A DNA stretch of 64,000 nucleotides. Origin: the human T2T-CHM13v2.0 reference genome, Homo sapiens. The notes under the pieces are model-generated. The model was given only the letters and a program-made list of their open reading frames with translations. It had not been told where the DNA came from and searched no databases. The stretch lies in NCBI RefSeq assembly GCF_009914755.1, contig NC_060925.1; one strand, given 5' to 3'. The translations under genes and the position numbers were made by a program. Shown in pieces: positions 43,080 to 56,478 of this stretch (position 1 is the first letter of the stretch; each line of letters begins with the position of its first letter).

Positions 43080-44650
43080 GTAATTTTTTAGTTAGATACT
43101 TTTTAAAAATTGCAGTAAAAACAACAAAATTTACCATCTTAAGCATTTTTAAGTGTACAGTTCAGTAGTGTTAAGTATATCCACGTTGTTATAAAACAAA
43201 TCATTAGAACTTTTTCATTTTGCAAATCTGAAACTCTATACTCATTAAACAAAAACCTTTCTCCTTCAACTCTTCCACCCTGCCCTCTGCTAACCACCAT
43301 TCTACTTTCTGTTTCTGTGCATTTGACTGCTTTAGATGCTTTGTTTAAATCATATAGTATTTGTCTTTTTGTGACTGGCTTATTTCACATAGATAATGTC
43401 CTGAAAGTTCATTCATGTCATAGCATATGATAGGATTTCCTTCCTTTTTGAGCCTGAATGGTATTCTATTGTATGTGTATACCATATTTTGTTTATCTAC
43501 TCATCTACTAATGGACATTTTGGGTTGATTCTATCTCTTGACTTTGGTGAATAGTGCTACTGTGACCATGGGTGTTCAAATATCTCATTCAGACTCTGAA
43601 TTCTTTTGAAGGCATACCCAGAAGCAGGACTGTTAGATCATATGATAGTGTAAGTGTGAGCCACCATGCCCAACCTGAGTGTTACAGTTCTTTTTTTTTT
43701 TTTTTGGAGAGTGTTACAATTCTTAAAGATGGTGTGTCCGGAGTTTGTTCCTTCAGATGTTCAGATATGGTGCATCTGGAGTTGTTTGTTCCTCCCAGTG
43801 GGTTTGTGGTCTCACTGACTTCAGGAATGAAGCTGCAGACCTTCGCAGTGAGAGTCACAGCTCTTAAAGCTAGTGTGGACCCAAAGAGTGAGCAGCAGCA
43901 AGATTTATTGTGAACAGCAAAACACCAAACCCTGCACATCACAGACAGCAGCCCTACCGGGTTGCTGCTGCTGGCTCCAGTGGCCAGCTTTTATTCCCTT
44001 ATTTGGCCCCGCCCACTTCCTGCCTATTGGTCCATTTTACAGAGCGCTGATTGGTCCATTTTACAGAGTGCTGATTGGTTCATTTTTACAGAGTGCTGAT
44101 TGGTGCATTTACAATCCTTTAGCTAGACAGAGTGCTGATTGGTGCATTTGCAATCCTCTAGCTAGACAGAAAAGTTCTCCAAGTCCCCACTCGACCCACG
44201 AAGTCCGGCTGGCTCCATATCTCAGTAGTTCTTTTTTTTAATTGTTTTGATGACACTTTATACTATTTTCTATAGAAGTTGCACCATTTTACAGTCCCAC
44301 CAACAGTGCATGAGGGTTCCAATTTTTCCGCATCCTCACCAACATGTTATTTTCTGTTTTTGCCTTATTTTGTTTTTAGAGTAGCCACCCTAATGGGCAT
44401 TAGGTGATATCTCATTGTGGTTTTGACTTGCATTTCTCCAATGATTAGTGATGTTGAGCATCTTTTCATTTGCTTTTTAGCTATTTTTATATCATCTTGG
44501 GTTGAATGTCTCTTCAAGTACTTTGCCCATTTTAAAATGAGGTTATTTGATTTTTGTTGTTGTTGAGTTGTAGGAGTTCTTAATATATTCTGGATTGAAA
44601 CCCCTTAAAATGATTTACAAATATTTTCTCCCATTCCATAGGTTACTTTT
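43080..44650 (-). mobile_element. L1M 3' region interrupted by LTR12
   Basis: L1MA/MB-type 3' end (aaaatttaccatcttaagcatttttaagtgtacagttcagtag) and ORF2-end text continuing across the LTR. Confidence 0.8.
43649..44224 (-). mobile_element. LTR12-family (ERV9) solo LTR, sense to VTCN1, intron 4
   Basis: TG..CA ends; 4-bp flanks atag/gtag; five CCAAT repeats, GC box, AATAAAA TATA-like box. Confidence 0.9.
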
Positions 44651-45580
44651 GTGTGTGTGAGTGTAATTTATTTTTTAAATTGATATATCTGAGTTGTAGA
44701 TAATTTTGGGTTCATATGTATAATTTCAAATTAAAAAATCATAAGAATATGATTTATTCAGTTAGATTCGGCAAACATTTATAGGGTACTTATAATGTGT
44801 AAGGTATTTTGTGCCCAGTGCTAGGCTTGATTTAAATGGCAGCCTCCTGACGTACTCCTTTCACTACAGTTTGAATCCAATTTCGCCCCAGGAAGGATGG
44901 TCTTAAAAGTCAGAATTCAGTCTATGCATTTTCTTGATACTAGCTCAACCTAAGGTTTTGTATGCACTAAAGCACTGCAGGGAGACTAGGGTGCTGGGTC
45001 TTCTCAGCCAGCTCTCAGCTAGGGTGCTGGGAGACCAGTTCCATCTAGGGGTTTCAGATTAATCTTGAGCCAATATTAGTGGGATCATGAGTCAGTCTCA
45101 TGAGGGATGAATAAAACTAAGTCAGACTCCAGACTTTTAGTCTTCAGATTCACAGCCTTCTCAAAGGCAGGGTGGAAGCAAACCTTGGTTTCTAGCCTAA
45201 GTTTTGGAGGGCTTGAAGTCCAGCTGAACATATCAAAGATGTCAAGTAATTATCACTTCCTCACTGCTGTAGCAAGGTAGTCCTACTGAGTTACACAGAG
45301 CCTCAGAATCCTAAACACTGTTCTCCAGACAACCAGTCAATGAGAAAGCATACAAGATGAAACCTAATTGCCATCTTTGACCTATATGCCATACATATTG
45401 TTTTGTGTTGGGCTTTCTCTTATGTAATACAATCTCAACTGGAATTGAGTGATCAAATTCTTAGTGAAGAGGACTCTAGAGATTTTTGTGCCTTGGTATA
45501 TATCTATTAATGAAGTTAAATTTTAATTTAGATTTTACTCTTTCCCCAGTAAATCCATACAAAAGCATGCAGGAACCCAC

Positions 45581-45859
45581 CTGTCACTTTGATATCCCCT
45601 GTTGCTTTGGCAATGTCATTTTCAATCATACAGGAGTATGTGTTGTTGATCGTAACATTGTAGAGCACAGACACAACCTTCATGGTCACATTCTCAGAGT
45701 TCAGCTCAAAGCTGGTATTGGAGACTTCCGAGAAGTTGGCTCCCTGGTCAACTTGGGATGCCCAGACCACTGTGGGCTGGGGGAACCATCGGGGAGCCTC
45801 ACACCGCAAGGTCTCTGAGCTGGCATTATAGTCCACATTCACTTCCGGCATGCTGAAGG
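45581..45859 (-). CDS. VTCN1: VTCN1 exon 4 (IgC-like domain)
   Basis: ccctgcag|CC...ACAG|gtgggt, 279 nt, phase 1-1; CEAPRWFPQPTVVW...YSC; six N-x-S/T sequons. Confidence 0.97.
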
Positions 45860-46854
45860 CTGCAGGGTCAAAAGTCAGAAAGGGCAGATGCCAAAGTCAG
45901 ACACGTAAGACAATATAGCCTTTGAAGCGCTAGGCCTTAAAAATGCAGTCATTTTTTTTTTTTTTTTTTTATCATTGAAGCCACTCAGTACTTCCTCAGA
46001 GGTCCACCTGTGTATAGCCCATTGTATTATAGGTGCGAATAATTATTTGCTCATAGTATTGCTATACATCACAACCCTTTGGCCAATCACAAACCCCAAG
46101 GACCTAAATTCTAGGTATATTATGGTTACAATAGAAAATTTTCTCCAAGTAAGAGGAACTTCAGTGGTCATAAAAAAGCCTATCCCTTAGGGAATTAGGC
46201 ATTTTCCTAGGGATCTGTGAAGCTTCTGGATTTTATGTATTTTTCTCCCTGGAGGATAAAGTTAGGGTGGGTAGGGAGAAGGAGAAAGAAGAAACAAACA
46301 GCATTCATCTATCACCCACAGAAATTCCATTCACAAGCTTTGTCATCACAGGGATTTGGAGTTTGCTTGGGTAGAGATTGTCCAGCTCTGGTATCCAGGG
46401 ATAGAAACAGACATTTGTTTTCCTCCAAGGTAATTCTCCTCGCAGGAGAGTTAACTGCATTTTGAAATTAAGACTTAGCTTCCCCCCATATCCAGGCAGA
46501 GAGACAGTTGTGGGAAAATGTTTAAGCCTGGACTTTTTATTGGGGTAAAATATAATTTATTAATTTATTTGGCGTCTTCCTTTACCTGGGACTGAGCTGG
46601 TGCTGAGTAAGTAGTAAAAGGAAAGCCCTTGCCTAACCCTTAAGGAGTCTGTTCTCTAGCAGGGGAGACAAGACTCATGCTCGGAGCAGGCAGGGAACAC
46701 GCTCTTGGGCGATGATGTGGGAAACTAAGTTTACATGACAATGAACCACCATTCATTGAGGGTATATTCTGTGCCAGTACTGTATTCCAGACCTTATTTC
46801 ATTTGATCCTCACAACACTCCTGTGAATACTATCATCCCCATTAAAAAAAAATC

Positions 46855-48095
<1,241 letters not shown>

Positions 48096-49063
48096 TTAAG
48101 ATGAAGAAACTGAGGCTCAGAGAGATTGCTTTGCCCAGGCCACTGTACTTACACAGGTCTGATTCTAGATCTGAGCTTCGAATCATTGCATATGCATGTT
48201 ATGAGGTGTGCAAGAAAGACCTGTGCATACTAGTTTAGGCTGGAAAGGCCCGGTTTCTGCCTATCCTTCAAGGCTCCCCTCAAATGCCAGCTTCTCCAGG
48301 GGGCTTTCCCATCCCTTCCCTCCTATGCATTTGAACGGGATCTCTCTCTTCTTCTCAATCACTCCATTTATATTTCTCTTAAAGCATTTGATACACTTTA
48401 CTAATTATTATCATTTACAGACTTTTATTATCTCTGTCCTGACCCCTAACTCTGTGAGATCTATATTATGAGCTCTGTAAGGGTAGGGGAAATCTGTTTA
48501 ATCATCTTTATACTCTCACAGTACCTGAGTCCCTTGTATATAAATTCAGAAAACATATGTTAAATTGGGTTGGCAACAAAGGGTGGATTTCATTGTTGCA
48601 GGGGAAGGGGAATTAATGAGTTTATAGGACAATGTTGTTTTCGTTTTGGTTAGTTCCCTTTGAACTTCTAAAATGCACTCACTGTCATGAGTCTCTGAAG
48701 ATACTGATTTCAGGATTGCGCTTGGGTCTACTTAGCGTGGAAATGTCCCAGGCTAGGCTGCTCTTATTAGCTGTACCAGGGGCTACCACAAAAGAGGCTA
48801 CATTTATTTTGTTGAATAGAGAACACACCTGGAAATTCTGAAGCAGAGAGAACCCAGAACAAAAGATTTTTAAGGCCTCTCTTATAGTTGGCTACTTTTG
48901 GGGTTGGTGTGAGTCTTGGCCATAAAATGGCAAAAACAGCTGTTAGCAGAATTGGGAGCATCATTGTCTGATATTGGTCACAACATATTTCATAAGCAAC
49001 TCATAATCTTTAGCCTCAAATACTTTTGGTGCTTTAAAAAATCTCTCTCCAAAAGTAACTCAC

Positions 49064-49411
49064 CTCCAGTTTTATACTCAAGGTTAGCATTCCCCTTGCC
49101 TTTAGAAGTGATGATATAACATTTGTAGGTGCCAGCATCTGTGAGTTGCACGTTTTTCAGCCGCAAAGAGGCATTGCCAACTATCACTTGATCAGCAAAC
49201 ACTGCTGTCCGGCCTCTGAACATTTCATCCTGCTCCGACAGCTCATCTTTGCCTTCTTTGAACTCATGGACCAAGCCTAAAACACCTTCCTTCAGCCATT
49301 GTATCACGATATCAGAAAGTTTGATGTCAGGTTCAAAAGTGCAGCTCAGGATTCCATCCTCCCCAATGTTCCCAGCTGAGGCGACAGTAGTGACTGTGAT
49401 GGAGTGTCTCC
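49064..49411 (-). CDS. VTCN1: VTCN1 exon 3 (IgV domain)
   Basis: ctgcag|GG...GGAG|gtgagt, 348 nt, phase 1-1; LSC..W..FRGRT..GNASLRL..DAGTYKC B7/butyrophilin IgV motifs. Confidence 0.97.
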
Positions 49412-49582
49412 CTGCAGTTCAGGAAGCAAAGATCAATGCTAAGGGAAGCCTTGGAACTTCTACAACCAAACCCTTCATTGCTGAAAGCCAGACAGAGACT
49501 TCTGTGATAAATTAAAAATACAGAAGAACATGAGAGGCAATAAGAAGACAAGAAGAGAAAGAGCAGGAAGACAATCATTTTG

Positions 49583-49606
49583 ATATATATATATATATAT
49601 ATATAT
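49583..49606. repeat. (AT)12 microsatellite
   Basis: Direct reading. Confidence 0.95.
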
Positions 49607-49797
49607 AGCAGATCTGTCATATATAATGGCTTATGTAAGACCAAGTAACCCAAACCTTGAGAACACATTGGACTTGGGGTTTGAAGATGAAAATTCAAGT
49701 CTTGGCTTTGTCACTTAATAGCCATGTAACCTTCAGTAAGTCATGTAACCTCCTTGGATCTTAGAAAATTGGAGGTAACAATGTCTGTCTTACCTAC

Positions 49798-52051
49798 TAT
49801 ATTAGTCCATTTTCATGCTGCTGATAAAGACACACCTGAGACTGGAAAGAAAAAGAGGTTTAATTGGACTTACAGTTCCACATGGCTGGGGAGGCCTCAG
49901 AATCATGGAGGGAGGCAAAAGGCACTTCTTACATGGTGGTGGCAAGAGAAAAATGAGAAAGATGCAAAAGCAGAAACCCCTGATAAACCCACCAGATCTC
50001 ATTAGACTTACTCACTACCACAAGAACAGTATAGGGAAACTGCCCCCATGATTCAAATGATCTCCCACTGGGTCCCTCCCACAACACATGGGAATTATGA
50101 GAGTATAATTCAAGATGAGATTTGGGTGGGGACACAGCCAAACCATATCATTCCATCCCTGGCCCCTCCAAATCTCACGTTCTCACATTTCAAAACCAAT
50201 CATGCCTTCCCAACAGTCCCCCAAAGTCTTAATTCATTTCAGCATTAACTCAAAAGTCCACAGTCCAAAGTCACATCTGAGGCAAGGCAAGTCCCTTTCA
50301 CCTATAATCCTGTAAAATCAAAATCAAGCTAGTTACTTCCTAGATACAATGGGGGTACAGGTATTGGGTAAATACAGTCATTCCAAATGGGAGAAATTGG
50401 CCAAAACAAAGTAGTTACAGGGCCTATGCAAGTCCAAAATTTTAAAGCTCCAAATGATCTCCTTTGACTCCAGGTCTCACATCCAGGTCATGCTGATGCA
50501 AGAGGTGGGTTTCCATGGTCTTGGGCAGCTCCACCCCTGTGGCTTTGCAGGGTGCAGCCTCCCTCCCAGCTGCTTTCATAGGCTGGCATTGAGTGTCTGT
50601 TGCTTTTCCAGAAGAACAGTGCAAGCTGTCAGTGGATCTACCATTCTGTGGTCTGGAGGACAGTGGCTGTTTTCTCACAGCTCCACTAAGTGGTGCACCA
50701 GGGGGACTTTGTGTTGGGGCTCCGACTCCATATTTTCCTTCTGCACTGCCCTAGCAGAAGTTCTCCATGAGAGCCCCACTCCTGCAGCAATCTTCTGCCT
50801 GGGCATCCAGGCATTTCCAGACATCTTCTGAAATCTAGGTGGAGGTTCGCAAACCCCAATTCTTGACTTCTGTGCACTCACAGGCTCAACACCACATAGA
50901 AGCTGCCGAGACTTGGGGTTTGCACCCTCTGAAGCCATGGCCCAAGACCCTTTTGGGCACAGCTGGAGCAGCTGGGATACAGGAAACCAAGTCCCTAGGC
51001 TGCACACAGCATGGGGACCCTGGGCCCGGCCCACAAAACTATTTTCTCCTAGGACCCCAGGCCTGTGATGGGAGGGGCAGCCATGAAGACCTCTGACATA
51101 CCCTGCAGACATTTTCCCCATTGTCTTAGGGATTAACATTCAGCTCCTCATTACTTATGCAAATTTCTGCAGCCAGCTTGAATTTCTCCTCAGAAAATGG
51201 GTTTTTCTTTTCTTTCACATTGTCAGGCTGCAAATTTTCCAAACTTTTATGCTCTGCTTCCCTTATAAAACTGAATACCTTTAACAGCACCGAAGTTACC
51301 TCTTGAATGCTTTGCTGCTTAGAAATTTCTTCCACCAGATACCCCAAATCATCTCTCTCAAGTTCAAAGTTCCACAAATCTCGAGGGCAGGGGCAAAACA
51401 TCATCAGTCTCTTTGTTAAAACATAACAAGAGTCACCTTTACTCCAGTTCTCAGCAGGTTCCTCATCTCCATCTGAGACCACTTCAGTCTGGACCTTATT
51501 GTCCATATCACTATAAGGCTTTTGGTCAAAGCCATTCAACAAGTCTCTAGGAAGTTTCAAAATTTCCCACATTTTCCTGTCTTCTTCTGAGCTCTCCAAA
51601 CTGTTCCAACCTCTGCCTGTTACCCAGTTCCAAAGTTGCTTCCACATTTTTGGGTATCTTTTCAGCAGTGCCCCACTCTACTGGTACCAATTTACTGTAT
51701 TAGTCCATTTTCACAGTGCTGATAAAGAAATACCCGAGACTTGGAAGAAAAAGAGGTTTAATTGAACTTAACAGTTTCACATGGCTGGGGAGGCCTCAGA
51801 GTCATGGCGGGAGGTGAAAGGCACTTCTTACATGGCAGTGGCAAGAGAAAATGAGAAAGATGCAAAAGCAGAAACCCCTGATAAAACCATAAGATCTTGT
51901 GAGACTTATTTACTACCATGAGAACAGTATGGGGGGAACCACCCCCATGATTCAAATGATCTCCCACCAGGTCCCTCCCACAACACATGGGAATTATGGG
52001 AGTATAATTTAAGATGAGATTTGGGTGGGGACACAGAGCCAAACTATATCA
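49798..52051 (-). mobile_element. Full-length THE1A-type MaLR (5' LTR 51696-52051, internal region, 3' LTR 49798-50150), inserted in a MIR
   Basis: Two ~355-bp LTRs about 10% divergent by hand count; perfect 5-bp TSD cctac at 49793-49797 and 52052-52056; decayed THE1-int ORF remnant at 51126-51647. Confidence 0.95.
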
Positions 52052-54922
52052 CCTACTTTAAAGGTTTCTTGTGAGGATCAAATCAAATGGATATTAACCT
52101 GATTTGCAAACTGTAATTACACATATAAGGTATTGTTATTCTCAGTTAACCAGAAGTAGCACAGAAGTGAAATCTCATGTTAACTAAATGTGGCCTAGTC
52201 ATTCTGAAAAATGCTGAATTCTAAAGTGCTGTAACTTTTATTTCTGTTTGAATGACATAGAAACTAAGGCAGTGAGAAAATAACTGATTTGATCAAGTTT
52301 ACAGTGCTAGCTATAGCATAATGAAGAACTGTATTTAATTCAGTTGATTTTTGGTTTAAAATGAAAGCCACCCTCTCCTCTACTGACATACCACCAGTAG
52401 AAATATTAATTATGTGCCAGCTGTATCCAACTGCTTCCTCCTCACTTGGCCAGCCTACAGCCTACCCAGTCAAGGAAGGATCAATCAGCTGTTCATTGTA
52501 CACTGGGGGCTGCTGACTGAGGACACCTATTGGGGTGATTTAATTAACTGAATCTTCTTGAGAGGCTCTTTCTGTGGCTTGGATATGAAACTAAGGGCAG
52601 ATGGCCTTGGAGCCCAAGAGGAGAGTGGAGGAGACACAAAGAAGTATGGGGGAGAGACCATGGGAGAGAAAAATGGAAAGAGTCTTTCATCCCCAGAGCT
52701 GTCTTGGATCCTGGGGTGTTCAGGTCTAGTTCCTGTCCTAATCTCTGCACATCCTTTAAACAACACCTGATATTAAAGTGGCCTGCACAAGTCTCTCTTT
52801 CTTACAGCCAAAAAAGCCCAACATAACGGGTCCTGAGCACTTCCTAACTGGACTTATCAGCTTCTTTATTGGTATTTCTACCTTTCATCTTCGCCTCCAT
52901 CCAATCCATTTTACATGCATTAATCCTACAGGTAGACCTTCTTACAGTACAATTTGAACATATCTGTTTTCTAATCACTCATCTTTAATGGTTCCTAAGA
53001 GCTGTGGAATGGATTTCAGATTTTCCAGCCTGGACTTCAAAGCTAAACACTGCCTGCTACATAGTAAATGCTCCATACATATTAGCCCTTATTGCTGTCT
53101 TTGCAGCCTTCTCTCCAACTACATCCTTTCATAGTCCATTCTGTCTGTCTGTATCAAATTATTTGTTGATTTTCTGCCTTAAATAAAAAACATACAAACA
53201 AAGCAGACGTGTTTGTTGTTGTTGTTGTTGTTGTTTTAATGTGAGAGGTAAACATTATCAACATAAGGATATCCTTGGCTCTTCTCCTCTTCCAGCCTAT
53301 TAGGGGTTGGAATTATCTCATTGACTCCTAGACCTCTACAAAGTAAATGAGGGTAATGAATGAGGAAGAGAACTGGAGAAGCTAATCTAGATGGATTTGC
53401 AGCAGAAAGAACAGAAGGCTACTGATGGAAGAAAAATTATAGCTAGAAAAGGAGGAAGAGGAGACAAAAACAAGTACATAGCCTGGTTTGGAAGGATGTT
53501 TTGGAGGCTTGAGAGCGTGAGAAAAGACACTTTGGAAGCAGCTGCCATGCATGGCCATTCCTGTGGGAGATCTGGGAGACGAATTATGAAAGAGGACAAA
53601 ATGAAGTTTTTGCTGTGTAATAAGAACACAACACACCTCCATTCCCTGCATTGGTATTTTCTTGAACATTGATTTAAAGATTCAGTTTGCTTTGCAAGTA
53701 TTGTTACTTAGAGAATGATATCCAAGGCATCCCAGGCTAGCATGGGTTACACAATTACACTATGCGCCTTCACACTGCTGTTCATCTTGTACCTATTAAT
53801 TCATAGCTCACACTTCTTTAACACCAGTTATGCAAATTCTACTTATATTCAAAGTCCGTTCAGATGGCAGCCCTCCCATGAAATCCTCTTTTAATTCACC
53901 AAAGGAAAAATTAGTAGATTCTCTCTTTACTTTCCTGTAACTTTTTGTCTTTTTGGCCTTTATTATAGCAGCTGTCTCCCTCTACCTGGTCTCTAATCTA
54001 TCTCTGGAACTAGTTTGTGAGCTTTTCAAGAGCAGAAACTGTCTTAATCCTATCTGTAAGTCCTGTAGTGCCTAGAGCTATGTTTCTGCAGAGAAAAATA
54101 ATGTTTGCTGAGTTTATGAATAAATGAATAAATAAATGGAAATCAGTAGAAATCAAAGCATTGTTTGAGATAGGCTAAAATTATTGTAGGAGTAAGGGAC
54201 GTTTGGCAGGATTACCACATCTAAACTTTGGGGAAATGTGATCCAATGAAAAGGAAGGCAATAAAAATACTGAGAGGTTCACAATAAAATCATGAATCAA
54301 ATACAACTATGTTACAGCAAAGGTAAATTTGATGGTTGTTGATAAAGTGCCATTAAAGTTGAATTGAAAGATTACTTCTCAGAAAAAATACATGATTAGC
54401 ACAGTTTATGGAGAGAATGAAATGGTAATGACATACCTTAGTTCAGCAACTGTATTACTGAATTAATTTTAATATGTTGGCCTTGAGCTCACAGTTAGGG
54501 AATCCGTTGAAATATCTCCCAGAGAAGTTAATGATTAAAAGTAGGCAGCTGTGGAATGCCCTAGGGACCTGCTGCAGGTTCTAGTCATTTAAGGTTGCAT
54601 TAATGATGTGGCAGATGGAATGAGTGTAATGTTGATTAAATCCCCTCCACCCCAATGTCAAATAAAGAAGAGAAATAAGAGCCAGTGAGAACTTAAAAAA
54701 ACCACAGGGACCTAGCCATTGCTTTGCACCCAGAAAGCAGTCAATAAAATACTTGTTTGTTAAGTGAATAAATGATTGTTAAAAGTGACAAAATTTAATT
54801 TGCAAGCAACCACATGTAAATATTACTTCTCACAAGAAAAGAAACTATTCAGACTTGCAAACAAACATAGGCTCAAGGAGGATTATGCCGTCTGGCCTCC
54901 TATGACTCTCCAGGCCTACTGA

Positions 54923-54984
54923 CCACCAGAGATTCTTTTTTTTTTATTTTTTGGAGACAGAGACTCACTCCACCAGAGATTCTT
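54923..54984 (-). mobile_element. Extremely 5'-truncated Alu (about 17 nt of 3' end plus tail) with 15-bp TSD
   Basis: TSD ccaccagagattctt at 54923-54937 and 54970-54984; insert t-tract + ggagacagagactcact. Confidence 0.85.
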
Positions 54985-56478
54985 GTGTGACTTGTTGAGT
55001 CAAAGGACAAAAGGACCCCATGGAGATGGGCTAGAGGCAGGTACCTATTGATAGAGAATTCTATTAAATGGGCACAGATTTTAAGCATTTCATTTACCTC
55101 TAAGATTTCATTAAACCCCTTTAAAATTGGAAGACTGAGCCACTTACTGAAAATTAATTATCCAGCTTGTGAGGGCTAATTAACTACCACAGCTCCTGTC
55201 TGCATGAGGAAAGTGGGGCTGTTAAAGCAGGGGCAAGACGAAACCTGAGCAGCTCTGGGTTCACACAGTGGGAGTACTATTCAATCAGCGCTCCGTTGTA
55301 GGAGTAGGAATATCTTGAAGTGGGGGTATAGGTAACACAAGACAAGGATTCTTTACAGAAACTATGATGCTGGGGCAGCCCACAGCGCTGGATAAAACCT
55401 GGAAAATGAGCTGTCCTTTGAAATGACTCAGAAAGACAGGTTCGTACATTCCAGTAGCATAGAGAGCATGCTAGATGTCTTCAGCAGATGGTCACCAGCA
55501 TCTGCTAAAACTCAGCTGTCCAGATGGGCACCACAGTACATGGCTTACAAGGTCGAAATGCAAAGCTTAACCTTGGGGTCAAACCTGTGAGTGTCACTCT
55601 TGCCAAAGAAGACGGTGGGGTGGGGAGAACAGTTGCTTCCGTGAGAAGAAATTTAAAAGGACACTGGGCAAGGCCAGATACGGGAACAATGTAGGAAAGC
55701 AGCAGAACATGGTGTTTGAGAACATGGCACAGGTACAGGCTGCCTGGGTTGAAGTCCCAGCTCTGCCACTTATTGGATATGTGACCTTGGTCAAGTTTTC
55801 TAACCCTTTATTTCACCATTTTTTAAAATCTGTAAAATGGGGATGCTCCCTTAGAGGGTTCCTGAAAGGACTTAATGATACAATGCAGGTAAAGTGCTAA
55901 ATATTGTACCTGAATTGCCACATGCTAAACCTTAAATCAGTATTGATATTAATAACCATTATTAACTACAATCATTTGGAAAGATTGCAGATCAGAGCCC
56001 CAGGAGGTAAGGAAAACAACATTTCACTAAATGTTTGCTTACAGAGACTCATTTTAAGCCATGAGAGAGTAAGAATGACCATTATACCCATTTATGGATG
56101 AGGATAGAGACTCCATGAGGTTAAATGGCTTGCCGAATGCCTTGGATCTAGCTGTTAGTAGAGTCAGGGTCAAACACAACCTGGTCTGGCCCTGAGCCTA
56201 TGCCCTTTCTACCATATTTTGCTGATACCCAGGGCCAGATTGAGACATGTAGAGTGCCAACCCAATAAGAAGATATCCCTACTTCACTTAAAAATCAAAA
56301 CAACTAAAAACCACAAAATAAGTGTAAGAAAGGCCCACAGCTGTTTATTTTCTCAGATGACTCGAAGGTTTTTTTGGACAGATCAAATATTTTCTAAATA
56401 AACTGTGCAATGTTTCCATTTTGGTGTTATCAGCACACACCTAGTCGGTTTATCCAATGTCTGAAGCTGGAGCATTAC

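Noticed and set aside
44020-44170. Short spaced repeats superficially like a CRISPR array
   Set aside because: They are LTR12 U3 CCAAT tandem repeats in eukaryotic DNA; no unique spacers and no cas genes
50045-50065. DUX4 site typical of THE1 LTRs
   Set aside because: Both LTRs read TCATTTGAATCA rather than TAATTGAATCA, so the first homeobox half-site is broken
50442-51647. ORFs of 78-173 aa in the THE1 internal region
   Set aside because: Decayed, fragmented MaLR internal sequence with no intact gene
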